Shown here: positions 8,946-17,760 of the stretch, piece after piece
Numbering within the stretch: position 1 is the stretch's first letter
Layout: every line of letters begins with the position of its first letter
From: Acidobacteriota bacterium
Lineage (GTDB): Bacteria; Acidobacteriota; UBA6911; RPQK01
Length of the DNA: 64,000 nt
Direction of reading: 5' to 3'
Assembly (NCBI GenBank): GCA_041946865.1
Contig: JBHGBF010000001.1
Span: 51,338-115,337, forward strand
Notes under the pieces: generated by a model
What the model was told of the DNA's origin: nothing
Database searches by the model: none
What the model saw: the letters and a program-made list of their open reading frames with translations, nothing else
Program-made: the position numbers and the translations under genes

Positions 8946-9896
8946 ATGAGCCGAGTTCGCACCGCCATCCTGGCTTTGACGACGGTCTGCTCGCTGGGGG
9001 CCTTCCTGTGGGGCCGGACACTTCGAATTCCAGACCGGGTTGAGGTTTGCGCAGACATCCTCGTGCTGCAGGACCTGTGCGGTGAAGCGCTGCCTGAAAC
9101 CCTGGGCTCTGTTTCGCTCGGCTACGCTCCTTACCCGGGTCACTATCGTTGGATCTCTCGGGCTGAACTGAAGCGCGCGCTGCGCAATCAGGGACTCGAC
9201 GAAGGCCTGCACCTCCAGATGAATGACCGGATTCTCTTGACGAGGAAGAACCGGATACTGGAATCCAAGGAGGTTCATGAGGCCGTGCAGGCCTACCTGT
9301 CAAGGCTGTGTCCCGGCTTTGAGATCGAGATTCTGCACCTGACGTTACCTCAAGGGTTGACGGCCCTGCCGGGCAGGATCCGGATCCAGGTGGACGAGAA
9401 GGCTCGCCTGAGCCGGTTGGACAATGCCCCGCTGAAACTCGACGTCGTCAGCGAAGGACGGTCCAGGAGGAGTCATTGGGTCAGGCTGAAGGCCAGAGCC
9501 AAGGGGAGAGTGGCCATTCTTAAGCGAGACATCCGCTGGGGTCAGCCGATCAGCGACTCGGACGTTGAGCTGGAGACGAGGGAGGTCGATGCTCTCGAGG
9601 GGTTCTTTCAAGATCCGAGTCACGTTCAGGATATGGTTGCCAAGAGGGATCTCCGAGCGGGAGCAGTTCTGCATCGGGATGACGTCCGGAAACCGCTGCT
9701 CGTGGACCGGGGTGACATCGTCAAGCTGCTGGCCAGGGGGACGGCTTTCGTCCTGGAGACGGCGGCCAAGGCCCGTGATGCAGGTGCACGAGGAGATGTC
9801 GTGACTGTTCAGAATCTGGACAGCAAGCAGCTGGTGAAGGCCCGCGTCACCCGTCCAGGGACTGTCGAAATTGATCTTCACAGGGGGACACGGTGA
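8946..9896 (+). CDS. flgA: Flagellar P-ring assembly chaperone FlgA (SAF domain)
   Basis: Signal peptide MSRVRTAILALTTVCSLGAF. C-terminal SAF-like region (VKLLARGTAFVLETAAKARDAGARGDVVTVQNLDSKQLVKARV). Position flgG-flgA-flgH. Longer than typical FlgA (316 aa). Confidence 0.7.
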   Translation: MSRVRTAILALTTVCSLGAFLWGRTLRIPDRVEVCADILVLQDLCGEALPETLGSVSLGYAPYPGHYRWISRAELKRALRNQGLDEGLHLQMNDRILLTRKNRILESKEVHEAVQAYLSRLCPGFEIEILHLTLPQGLTALPGRIRIQVDEKARLSRLDNAPLKLDVVSEGRSRRSHWVRLKARAKGRVAILKRDIRWGQPISDSDVELETREVDALEGFFQDPSHVQDMVAKRDLRAGAVLHRDDVRKPLLVDRGDIVKLLARGTAFVLETAAKARDAGARGDVVTVQNLDSKQLVKARVTRPGTVEIDLHRGTR

Positions 9897-10573
9897 GAAA
9901 TCAGTGGTTGCTGGTGCTGGCCGCAGCACTTCTGGCGGGATGTGGGCCGGAAAGAAAAGCGGGGGTCGCACGCGGTCTGGACGAGTATGCCCGCCAGGCA
10001 CGGGCGCTCCAGACAAATCAAGGCGACATGGATGGTTCGCTCTGGACCGAACAGGCAGGGTACGCGGATGGGTTCCGGGACGTGAAGGCGAGACGGCTGG
10101 CAGATATCGTTACCATCGAAGTCCTGGAGTCAACCAGCGCGGTTACGGAGGCGACAACCCAGACCGTCAGGGAATCGGACATCACAAAATCAGCGCCCGC
10201 TCTGTTTGGGTTGGAGAAACGGGTTGCCGAGCTGCCTAATCTGGCGAGCCTCTCCCAGTCATCGACCTTTGCCGGAGACGGCGCGACCAGCCGCACCAGC
10301 GTACTGGCCACCCAGCTGACCGCTCGTGTCATCGAGGTGTTTCCTAATCGAAATCTCCTCATCGAGGCAAACCGGGAAATCACGCTCAATGGCGAGCGAC
10401 AGATCATGATCCTGCGGGGCGTAATTCGCCCCGCGGATATCTCTCCGGCCAACACTGTCAGCTCGTCGCGCATCGCCGAAATGGAGTTGTCGGTGACCGG
10501 ACGGGGGACAATTTCGGACGCCCAAAAACCCGGACTCCTGTTCAAGCTTCTGTCCGGCATCTGGCCATTTTGA
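9893..10573 (+). CDS. flgH: Flagellar L-ring lipoprotein FlgH
   Basis: GTG start overlapping the flgA stop. Lipobox LLAGC. Conserved FlgH core (SLW...RRLADIVTIEV...IMILRGVIRPADIS...ELSVTGRG). Confidence 0.9.
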   Translation: MRNQWLLVLAAALLAGCGPERKAGVARGLDEYARQARALQTNQGDMDGSLWTEQAGYADGFRDVKARRLADIVTIEVLESTSAVTEATTQTVRESDITKSAPALFGLEKRVAELPNLASLSQSSTFAGDGATSRTSVLATQLTARVIEVFPNRNLLIEANREITLNGERQIMILRGVIRPADISPANTVSSSRIAEMELSVTGRGTISDAQKPGLLFKLLSGIWPF

Positions 10574-11751
10574 GAGGCAATATGAGCCTGCTGCAACGAT
10601 CTGACACCGAGGCCGGTCCAGGAGCGCGGCGGCGGTCCTCCCTCCCCGCCGCCCGCGCTTGCCGGGCTTCGGCCTTGCTCCTGCTCTCCCTGCCGGTGCT
10701 GGTTTCAGCCGGCGTCCCCTCGCGGATCAAGGATGTGGCGCGCATTCAAGGCGTTCGCGAGAATCAGCTCATCGGATACGGACTCGTGGTCGGCCTGGAC
10801 GGCTCGGGAGACAGTCGCCAGACGTACTTCACCACCCAGACGCTCGCCAATCTCCTCACACTGGAAGGGATCGTCGTGTCGCCTCGTGCAATCCAGGTCT
10901 CCAACACGGCCGCTGTCATGGTTACCGCCGACCTGCCGGCATTTGCCCGAACCGGTTCACGAATTGATGTCACCGTGTCCTCCATCGGAGATGCCGAAAG
11001 TCTGCAGGGCGGAACCCTGTTGATGACGCCGTTGAAAGCGGCCAACGGCGAGGTCTACGCCGTGGCTCAAGGCCCGGTTTCCATCGGCGGTTTCGCCGCA
11101 CGGTCTTCGACGCAGGCCATCCAGAAGAATCAGCCGACTGCAGGCCGCGTGCCGCAAGGCGCCATCGTGGAGCGGGAAGTCACGTTTCAGCTTCAGGACA
11201 AGCCGAACCTTCGCCTGGTCTTGAATCAGGCGGACTTCACGACGGCGTCCCGGGTGGCATCGGCCATCAACCAGAAAGTAGGAACAAACCTGGCGCAGCC
11301 TCTGGACAATCGGACGGTTGAGGTTCAGGTCCCGGCCACTTTCCGCAACAATGTAGTGGCTTTTATAAGCCAGATAGAGAACCAACCCTTGGAAGTGGAT
11401 CGCCCTGCCAAGGTCGTCCTGAATGAAAAAACAGGGACCATCGTGTTTGGCGGTGACGTCCGGATCGCGCCGGTAACCATCGTTCACGGCTCCCTGACGG
11501 TCCAGATAGGAACTCAGTTTGCCGTTTCCCAGCCTCCTGCCCTTTCTGCCGGGCAGACGGTCGTGGTCCCCGAAGAGACCGTCAGCGTTGAGGAGCCGGT
11601 GACTCGGCCGGTCGCGGTTAAGGATGGAAGCAGCATCGAGTCCGTCGTCCGGGCCCTGAACTCCATCGGGGCAACTCCCCGGGACATTCTCGCCATACTT
11701 CAGGCGATCAAGGCCGCCGGAGCGCTTCAATCTGAGCTGGAGATCATTTAG
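10570..11751 (+). CDS. flgI: Flagellar P-ring protein FlgI
   Basis: Signal peptide followed by RIKDVARIQGVRENQLIGYGLVVGLDGSGDS, the FlgI signature. 393 aa. Start is TTG at 10570 or ATG at 10582. Confidence 0.9.
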   Translation: MRGNMSLLQRSDTEAGPGARRRSSLPAARACRASALLLLSLPVLVSAGVPSRIKDVARIQGVRENQLIGYGLVVGLDGSGDSRQTYFTTQTLANLLTLEGIVVSPRAIQVSNTAAVMVTADLPAFARTGSRIDVTVSSIGDAESLQGGTLLMTPLKAANGEVYAVAQGPVSIGGFAARSSTQAIQKNQPTAGRVPQGAIVEREVTFQLQDKPNLRLVLNQADFTTASRVASAINQKVGTNLAQPLDNRTVEVQVPATFRNNVVAFISQIENQPLEVDRPAKVVLNEKTGTIVFGGDVRIAPVTIVHGSLTVQIGTQFAVSQPPALSAGQTVVVPEETVSVEEPVTRPVAVKDGSSIESVVRALNSIGATPRDILAILQAIKAAGALQSELEII

Positions 11752-11760
11752 GGAGGTTGC

Positions 11761-12555
11761 ATGACAGCGCCCGTCGACCTGGCCGGATCGGCCACACCGT
11801 TGATGAGCCGAAGGGACGTGAGCAGGAACGAGAACCCTTCCATCGAGGAAGTGGCCCAGGAGTTCGAGTCGCTCTTCCTGGCTCAGCTCCTGTCTGCGCT
11901 GCGAGGGGATCCCGATGGTGAGGGTTTCTTTGAGGGGAATACGGGGCAGGAGATCTACACTTCCATGATGGATCAGGCCCTGGCGAGAGCCCTCGCTGCC
12001 AAGGGAGGGATCGGACTGGCTCGACCGATCTCGGACCATCTACAGCGAATCGAGCGCCCCCCGGCCGCCTCCGCCGTTGCCGAGCCAACAATAGGACCTC
12101 AGGGCGATCCCGCTAAAGCGAGCCACCGGGAGGATGGGGGCGGCGCAAAGAATTTTGATAGCTCTCCGCTTGCCGCCGTCCTCTCAGGAGCCGTCGGCAG
12201 TGTTTTCCGTATCAGCTCACGGCCCGGCTGGCGAAACGACCCCTTTTCCGGCAAGTTACAGCACCACAAAGGAATTGACCTGGCAGCCCCGATCGGCACG
12301 GAAGTCTCCTCTCTGACCAGGGGGAGAGTCGTCTTCGCGGGAGCCCAAGGGGGTTACGGCAACACCATCGTTGTCGAGTCAGCAGACGGCCTCCGTGTCC
12401 GGTACGCGCACCTTGGTGAGATCCTGGTGAAGCCTGGAGAAAAGCTGGAAAAAGGTCAGAACATCGGGCTGGTTGGGAGCACGGGACGCTCGACAGGGCC
12501 TCACCTTCATATCGAATGGGAGAAAGCGGGGCGTCTGCTCGACTCCTTCAGCTGA
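11761..12555 (+). CDS. flgJ: FlgJ-like rod-binding domain fused to M23 (LytM) peptidase
   Basis: N-terminal half EVAQEFESLFLAQLLSALRGD...FEGNTGQEIYTSMMDQALARALAAKGGIGLA is the FlgJ Rod-binding domain. C-terminal half HKGIDLAAPIGTEV...GYGNTIVVESADGLRVRYAHLG...GSTGRSTGPHLHIEW is peptidase M23 (HxxxD, HxH). Confidence 0.8.
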   Translation: MTAPVDLAGSATPLMSRRDVSRNENPSIEEVAQEFESLFLAQLLSALRGDPDGEGFFEGNTGQEIYTSMMDQALARALAAKGGIGLARPISDHLQRIERPPAASAVAEPTIGPQGDPAKASHREDGGGAKNFDSSPLAAVLSGAVGSVFRISSRPGWRNDPFSGKLQHHKGIDLAAPIGTEVSSLTRGRVVFAGAQGGYGNTIVVESADGLRVRYAHLGEILVKPGEKLEKGQNIGLVGSTGRSTGPHLHIEWEKAGRLLDSFS

Positions 12556-12580
12556 TACCCCGTGACGTGCGAAAGAAGAC

Positions 12581-12607
12581 TAAAGTTTCGCGAGGATCTG
12601 CCGATGA
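12581..12607 (+). promoter_or_regulatory. Sigma28 (FliA) class-III promoter for flgM operon: TAAAGTTT-N11-GCCGATGA
   Basis: ctaaagttt cgcgaggatct gccgatga. -35 TAAAGTTT (8/8) and -10 GCCGATGA (7/8 to GCCGATAA) with an 11-nt spacer, ~45 nt upstream of the flgM ATG. Confidence 0.6.
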
Positions 12608-12649
12608 GCATTATGACTGGATGATTCCTTTTAAAGACGACGAGGCCCC

Positions 12650-12946
12650 ATGAAGATAGACGGCAATAATCCGTACATAAATTCCGAGGTTCACCTTCGC
12701 CCCCGAGATGTCTCGACCACGCCGGCCTCAGGCCGGCCGGTTGGGCCTCAGGTTGATCGTATTGAGCTCTCTGTTACCGCCAAGGAACTGCAGGCGCTTT
12801 ACCGGGAGAACGGCGAGAGTGAGGAGATTCGCAGTGAACGGGTCGAGGAGATCAGGTCGCAGGTGGAGGCAGGAACCTACGATATTCGGGCTGAAGAGAT
12901 TGCTGAAGCGATTATCACCGGGCATCTGATCGACAAGAGCGCCTAG
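12650..12946 (+). CDS. flgM: Anti-sigma28 factor FlgM
   Basis: 98 aa. C-terminal EEIRSQVEAGTYDIRAEEIAEAIITG matches the FlgM sigma28-binding helix (kvdaLKaaIasGtYkVdaekiAdkLl). Confidence 0.85.
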   Translation: MKIDGNNPYINSEVHLRPRDVSTTPASGRPVGPQVDRIELSVTAKELQALYRENGESEEIRSERVEEIRSQVEAGTYDIRAEEIAEAIITGHLIDKSA

Positions 12947-13010
12947 TGAGGGCGCACCTGGTGCAGCGCCGCGCCGCGGCCCGAACTGCGTTCGGTGTCC
13001 GGTCGTCACC

Positions 13011-13586
13011 GTGCGGGTTTTGGAGATTTCCCGTGAGTCAAGGGATGGCCGGTCCCCTGCGGATTTCGGACGTGCCCGGGTTCTCTTCGCGCCGGGCTGC
13101 GCCGTCCTTGGGTGGGATATGGCGGTCGACCCCAGAAAAGAGTTGGAACCTATCCGCAACTCCCTGGCCGGACTGGTGGATACTTGTCGTACCCTCTTGA
13201 CGGAACAGGGACGAGTGATCGACTGCTATCTGGAGGGCAAGCTCGACGAGGTCGCACATCTGCAATCGCGCCAGGAGCGCTTGCTGAGAGAAGCCCGGGG
13301 CTTCCATGACACCCTGGCCCGCACGCTCGCCGGCGGCCCGCTGTCCGAGGTAGCACGCCTCCTGGAAGCTCCCCAAAGCGAGCAGCTGGAGCAAACCATC
13401 ACCGATCTCCACCGCCTGCTCCGCGAACTTCACCTGGTGAATCTGCGAAATCGGCGGTTCATCCAGAGTTCACTTTGTTACTCGCAGGCCTTACTCCAGG
13501 AGGTCTTTTCGACCCAGGCCGCATACAACGGCGGGGGAGTTATCGGAGTGAGGATGTCGGGCCTGAAAAGGGACTTGAGAGTGTGA
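13011..13586 (+). CDS. Probable FlgN-family export chaperone for hook-associated proteins (start uncertain; in-frame ATG at 13119 gives 156 aa)
   Basis: Position between flgM and flgK is the canonical flgN slot. Helical, Q/L/R-rich (LLREARGFHDTLARTLAG...LHRLLRELHLVNLRNRRFIQSSL). No strong motif, so the call is positional. Confidence 0.4.
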   Translation: MRVLEISRESRDGRSPADFGRARVLFAPGCAVLGWDMAVDPRKELEPIRNSLAGLVDTCRTLLTEQGRVIDCYLEGKLDEVAHLQSRQERLLREARGFHDTLARTLAGGPLSEVARLLEAPQSEQLEQTITDLHRLLRELHLVNLRNRRFIQSSLCYSQALLQEVFSTQAAYNGGGVIGVRMSGLKRDLRV

Positions 13587-13587
13587 T

Positions 13588-14958
13588 ATGGGCGGTATTT
13601 TCGGTGCGCTTCAGATCGGCCTGAAAAACCTGTCGAACATGCGGGAAGGCCTGGCCGTCGTCAACGAGAACGTAGCGAATGTCAACACTCCCGGTTACAG
13701 CCGCAAACGGATGATCCTCCAGAGCGGTCCTGCCGACTATCGACCATACGGCAGCGTGGGCACCGGGGCCGACATTCAGCGGATCGAGTCGGTGCGAGAC
13801 TATTTCCTGGAGAGCCGGCTGCGAGCCGAGTACGAGACCAAGGGCTTTTTCGAAGGGCAGCAGTCGGGTACGGCCCAGCTGGAGTCTCTCCTGTCGACTG
13901 GAGATGAGGCCGGGCTGCCCGAGCAGATGTCCCGCTTCTTCAACTCGTTCCTGGAGCTTTCGGCAAGCCCCTCGTCGATCCCGCTGAGACAGGCGGTGAT
14001 CTCGGAAGGAGAGCAACTCGCTTCCTGGTTTCAACGGACCTCAAGTCAGGTGGACTCGCTGCAGCTGAATAACCATGTCCGGGTCAAGGACTCGGTGGAC
14101 AACATCAACTTCCTTCTGTCACGCATTTCGGTGATCAATTCCAGGCTGGAGCCCCTGCTGGCTAGAGGCCAGGATGGAGGCAGTCTGTTTGACGAACGCC
14201 AGGAATTGCTCAAGGAGCTCTCCACCGAGATTGGAATACAGGTCACCACCGACCAGACGGGCAGCCAGACCATCTCCACCACGAACGGGCGCCTCCTTCT
14301 CGCCGGAAGCGACTACAGACAATTGAGCGCCGAGGAGACATCGTCCGGGATGGTGGTCAGGTCCGGAAGCGCCGACATCACCTCCGAACTGAAGACCGGC
14401 CGGCTGGGCGGCCTGCTCAGTTTTGAAGACACGGTGCTGGCGTCGTTCAGGACATCTTTGAATTCTCTGACCAAACAACTGGCCGAAGCGGTGAACTCGA
14501 CCCATCGCAACGGAGTCGACCTTGACGGGAATGCCGGGCAGGATTTTTTCCAGTTCTCGGCCGGGGCAGAGGCAGGCACCATCTCGGTCGTCATCTCGGA
14601 CCCCAGAGCCATTGCGGCTGCAACCTCCGGAGGAGTCGGCGATGGACGCAATGCCCAGACCCTGGCCGATATTCGGGAGCAGTCCTTCGCGGGGCTGGAG
14701 GGCCAGAGCGTCCACGGCTTTTACTCTCAGATGGCCTTCGAGGTCGGTCTGGCAATGCGGGGCGTGAAGGCTAACGCGGAGCTCCAAGACAAGATACTGC
14801 GCGAGCTGCAGAACCAGCGGGAGGCGGTCTCCGGCGTCTCTCTGGATGAAGAAGCGGTCAACCTTCTTCAGTACCAACGCTCTTACCAGGCCAGTTCCAG
14901 GCTCATCAAGGTTTTGGATCAGCTCCTGGAAGAGACCCTCGGTCTGGTCCGCAGTTGA
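13588..14958 (+). CDS. flgK: Flagellar hook-associated protein 1 FlgK
   Basis: 456 aa. N-terminal LAVVNENVANVNTPGYSRK and C-terminal VSLDEEAVNLLQYQRSYQASSRLIKVLDQLLEETL. Confidence 0.9.
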   Translation: MGGIFGALQIGLKNLSNMREGLAVVNENVANVNTPGYSRKRMILQSGPADYRPYGSVGTGADIQRIESVRDYFLESRLRAEYETKGFFEGQQSGTAQLESLLSTGDEAGLPEQMSRFFNSFLELSASPSSIPLRQAVISEGEQLASWFQRTSSQVDSLQLNNHVRVKDSVDNINFLLSRISVINSRLEPLLARGQDGGSLFDERQELLKELSTEIGIQVTTDQTGSQTISTTNGRLLLAGSDYRQLSAEETSSGMVVRSGSADITSELKTGRLGGLLSFEDTVLASFRTSLNSLTKQLAEAVNSTHRNGVDLDGNAGQDFFQFSAGAEAGTISVVISDPRAIAAATSGGVGDGRNAQTLADIREQSFAGLEGQSVHGFYSQMAFEVGLAMRGVKANAELQDKILRELQNQREAVSGVSLDEEAVNLLQYQRSYQASSRLIKVLDQLLEETLGLVRS

Positions 14959-14969
14959 GGTGCGATGCC

Positions 14970-15857
14970 ATGAGAATATCGGAAAACAGCATGGTCCAGG
15001 ACTTCCTCCGGAACCTGGAAAACACACGCCAGCGCTGGCTGCGCTATAACCAGGAGATAAGCACCGGCAAGCGGCTCCATCGTCCTTCGGACAATCCGGC
15101 TGAAAGCGCCCGGGTCCTGCGGATCAGGGACGAGGTCTCACGGGCCAATCAGTATTTTCGAAACATTACCGCCGCCCGGGCCCGGTTGGGAGCAACCGAC
15201 TCCGCCCTGAACACCCTGAGGAACAGCATTCTGTCGATCGCCGACAGAGTGGCCTTTGCCCTGAACGGAACGACCGACGAACAGGGACGCCGGGCCATAG
15301 CAGGCGATCTCCGCGGGACACTGGACGCCCTCTACCAGACGGCGTCGACCACGGTGGACGGATACTACATTTTCTCAGGCAGTCTGATCGACACGGCGCC
15401 TCTTGTGGTGTCGGGTGGTTCGTATTCCTACCAGGGGGACGACCTGGCCTTGGAGATTGAGGTCATGGACGGCGAGGCGGTGAGGACCAACGTGTCGGGC
15501 CGAGAAGTGTTCGCCGAGCCGGCCTCGGATCTGCTTAATTCGCTGGCCGCCCTCATTGAGCAGCTCGAATCGGGTGATCTGGAGGCGGCGCGGGGTCCCC
15601 TGCAGAAGGTCCAGGACGCGGGCAGAGTAATTGACACCGCCCGTTTCAAGGTGGGTCATAGCATCAAGCGTCTCGAGAACGCCCAATTTCGATTGGAAGA
15701 CCGGCTTTTTCAGTTGACTTCGGAGATCTCCGGGCTGGAGGATGCTAATCTGGCAGAGTCGATTTCGAGGATGGTTCAGGCGGAAACGGCTCTGCGGGCC
15801 GCGGTCGGCGCCGGTTCACGCCTGCGCCAGCCGAACCTGTTCGACATGCTGGGATGA
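14970..15857 (+). CDS. flgL: Flagellar hook-associated protein 3 FlgL
   Basis: MRISENSMVQDFLRNLENTRQRWLRYNQEISTGKRLHRPSDNPAESARVLRIRDE is a flagellin-N-like FlgL start. An in-frame TTG at 14955 is the alternative start. Confidence 0.85.
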   Translation: MRISENSMVQDFLRNLENTRQRWLRYNQEISTGKRLHRPSDNPAESARVLRIRDEVSRANQYFRNITAARARLGATDSALNTLRNSILSIADRVAFALNGTTDEQGRRAIAGDLRGTLDALYQTASTTVDGYYIFSGSLIDTAPLVVSGGSYSYQGDDLALEIEVMDGEAVRTNVSGREVFAEPASDLLNSLAALIEQLESGDLEAARGPLQKVQDAGRVIDTARFKVGHSIKRLENAQFRLEDRLFQLTSEISGLEDANLAESISRMVQAETALRAAVGAGSRLRQPNLFDMLG

Positions 15858-15871
15858 GAGGATCGCAAGCC

Positions 15872-16303
15872 ATGTCCAGAGAGGTCGCCACCGGACGTTT
15901 CGGCAATGTCCGGTATGAAGACCGTGACGTGATCAGGATGGTAGCGGGCATGCCTGGGTTCGAATCTCTCAGGCAGTTTCTGCTCATTGACAGCACGGAG
16001 TATGAGCCGGTCAAGTTCCTGCAGTCCCTGGAGGAACCACGCATCTCTTTCCCGCTCATCGACCCGCGGCTGGTCCGAAGCGATTACCGGGTGTCGCTCG
16101 ATGCCGCCCAGCAGGAGAGCCTCGGATTGGACCATCCCGGGGAGGGACTGGTCTACTCCATTCTGACGCTGGGTGACAACCCCGCGGAGGTGACAGCGAA
16201 TCTGTTTGCTCCGGTGGTGATCAACCTCGCGACGATGAAGGCCGCACAGATCATCTTGTTTGAGAGCGAATACTCGGTCGAGGAGCCCGTGCTGGGAGGC
16301 TAA
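15872..16303 (+). CDS. fliW: Flagellar assembly factor FliW (CsrA antagonist)
   Basis: [31 protein letters not shown]...FLLID aligns to the FliW N-terminus (MIIDTKYHGQMDVKEQDIIVFPNGLPGFE). An upstream in-frame ATG at 15854 is also possible. Confidence 0.85.
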   Translation: MSREVATGRFGNVRYEDRDVIRMVAGMPGFESLRQFLLIDSTEYEPVKFLQSLEEPRISFPLIDPRLVRSDYRVSLDAAQQESLGLDHPGEGLVYSILTLGDNPAEVTANLFAPVVINLATMKAAQIILFESEYSVEEPVLGG

Positions 16304-17760
16304 TGCTCGTTTTCACCCGAAAGCCCGGCGAGAGTCTGATGGTCGGTGACGCCGTCGAGATCAGGATCTTGTCCGTTGGCCACGATCAGGTTCGGATAGG
16401 GATCAGCGCCCCGCGAGAGGTCCCGGTCCACCGCCGGGAAATCTACGACTCCATCACGCGCCAGAACCGCCTGGCCTCCAGTTCGGCGACTCCTCCCAGA
16501 GAACTGCTGGAAAGACTCAAGAGGAGTTAAGCCCTTCCGGCCGGATCCCGTGACCCATTCCGTAACGCTTGTTGCCCGGATGATCGACTCTTCGCGAGTG
16601 GCGCCGAGCGTGATCACGAATCCGGAACGCTTGGTGTGGTCGGTGACTGCCGGTGCGGCGTTCCCCGGCGCCAGTAACAGCTCGCAGCGATGGATCCAGG
16701 AAAAAGCTGCCAGCTGCCGGGGATCGGGAAGGCGCAAGATCTGCCCGATACGCGGAAAGAAGTACCGGATTGCCACTGCCTTTTCGGCGCGCGGCTGGAT
16801 CTCCCACGGCTCGACCCGGTTGCCGAGCGCCAGGCGGATGGCAATGCCGAGCATGTCCACTCCGGTCGCCAAGGGAATCTGATCGGTGGCAAACCAGCCG
16901 CCGGACAGGCGCGCCGCCATCTCGATGACCTTGGGACCCTGCGCTGTCAAGACCATGTCTCCTTTGGCTGTCCCCCAGTTGATCCCCAGCACGCGAGCCG
17001 CCTTTTCCGCCAAGGCAACAACCTTCTGCCGGGGAGAGGGCCCGAGAACGCTGGGCATTGTTCCGCCGTTCTCCACGATGAAAGGAGAGAAACGCTCCAA
17101 GTACTCGTAGTTGCGGTCGCTGAATCCGGGCGTGGACGCGAGGGCGCCCAAGAATATCGATTCGGTGCTGATCTGCGGTCCGGCGAGATACTCCTCGACC
17201 ATGAGCCGCCCGGAAGGCGAAAACGCCCGGGAATGCCGGATAGCCCACTCCAGGTTCAGGCCGCGTGTGATCCGGAGAACACCTCGGGCGCCGCGGCTGT
17301 CGACCGGTTTGAGCACGACCGGAAGCCCCCATTCGTGAATGGCCGACACCAGATCGGACACGCAGTTGACGGGCTTGAAGCGGGGAATCGGGATGCCGGC
17401 CCTCAGGAAGTGTTCCTTCATCGCCAGCTTGTCGGTTGCCAGCCTGGCGGTCTCCCAGGAAGGACCGGGCAGGTCCAGAGCCTGCGCCACTGCTGCGACA
17501 GTCCTGGGCACATCGGCAGCCACGCAGAGAATTCCGTCAAGCCGCCGGCGCTTGGAAAATTCGCGCGCCGCCTGCAGGTGGCCCTGCTCATCGTAGGTAT
17601 CGAGCACGCAGGCATGGTCGGCAAGCTTCAGACCTGGCGCCTGGGGATTGCCATCACTCACCACCACGTAGAGGCCCATCTCTTTGGCGCGGCGGATGCC
17701 TGGCACAGCCTCAATCCCCCCACTTACGATCCATAGCGTCTTGGGCTTGCGTGCGGTCAT
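16300..17760 (-). CDS. ATP-grasp domain enzyme, terminal gene of the glycosylation operon; 3' ~230 nt runs antisense across csrA
   Basis: Start [15 protein letters not shown] at 17760 (ATGA overlap with the upstream gene). ATP-grasp fold features ([35 protein letters not shown]). No in-frame stop until 16300. Confidence 0.6.
   Translation of the reverse strand: MTARKPKTLWIVSGGIEAVPGIRRAKEMGLYVVVSDGNPQAPGLKLADHACVLDTYDEQGHLQAAREFSKRRRLDGILCVAADVPRTVAAVAQALDLPGPSWETARLATDKLAMKEHFLRAGIPIPRFKPVNCVSDLVSAIHEWGLPVVLKPVDSRGARGVLRITRGLNLEWAIRHSRAFSPSGRLMVEEYLAGPQISTESIFLGALASTPGFSDRNYEYLERFSPFIVENGGTMPSVLGPSPRQKVVALAEKAARVLGINWGTAKGDMVLTAQGPKVIEMAARLSGGWFATDQIPLATGVDMLGIAIRLALGNRVEPWEIQPRAEKAVAIRYFFPRIGQILRLPDPRQLAAFSWIHRCELLLAPGNAAPAVTDHTKRSGFVITLGATREESIIRATSVTEWVTGSGRKGLTPLESFQQFSGRSRRTGGQAVLARDGVVDFPAVDRDLSRGADPYPNLIVANGQDPDLDGVTDHQTLAGLSGENEH
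16303..16530 (+). CDS. csrA: Carbon storage regulator CsrA
   Basis: [48 protein letters not shown] is a near-canonical CsrA. The TAATG junction overlaps the fliW stop. Confidence 0.9.
   Translation: MLVFTRKPGESLMVGDAVEIRILSVGHDQVRIGISAPREVPVHRREIYDSITRQNRLASSSATPPRELLERLKRS

Noticed and set aside
12708-12929. 73-aa ORF overlapping flgM in another frame
   Set aside because: FlgM in frame 12650..12946 has the conserved C-terminal sigma28-binding helix. The overlapping ORF is Arg-rich shadow sequence.
16690-17736. 348-aa plus-strand ORF (and similar long ORFs at 17985..19016, 22390..23730, 24556..25482, 28283..29320, 30406..31224, 32579..33343, 47326..48267, 49638..50342, 54696..55691, 59370..60059)
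   Set aside because: Each lies entirely antisense to a well-supported gene with clear family motifs. Their Arg/Pro/Gly-rich composition is typical of shadow ORFs in high-GC DNA.
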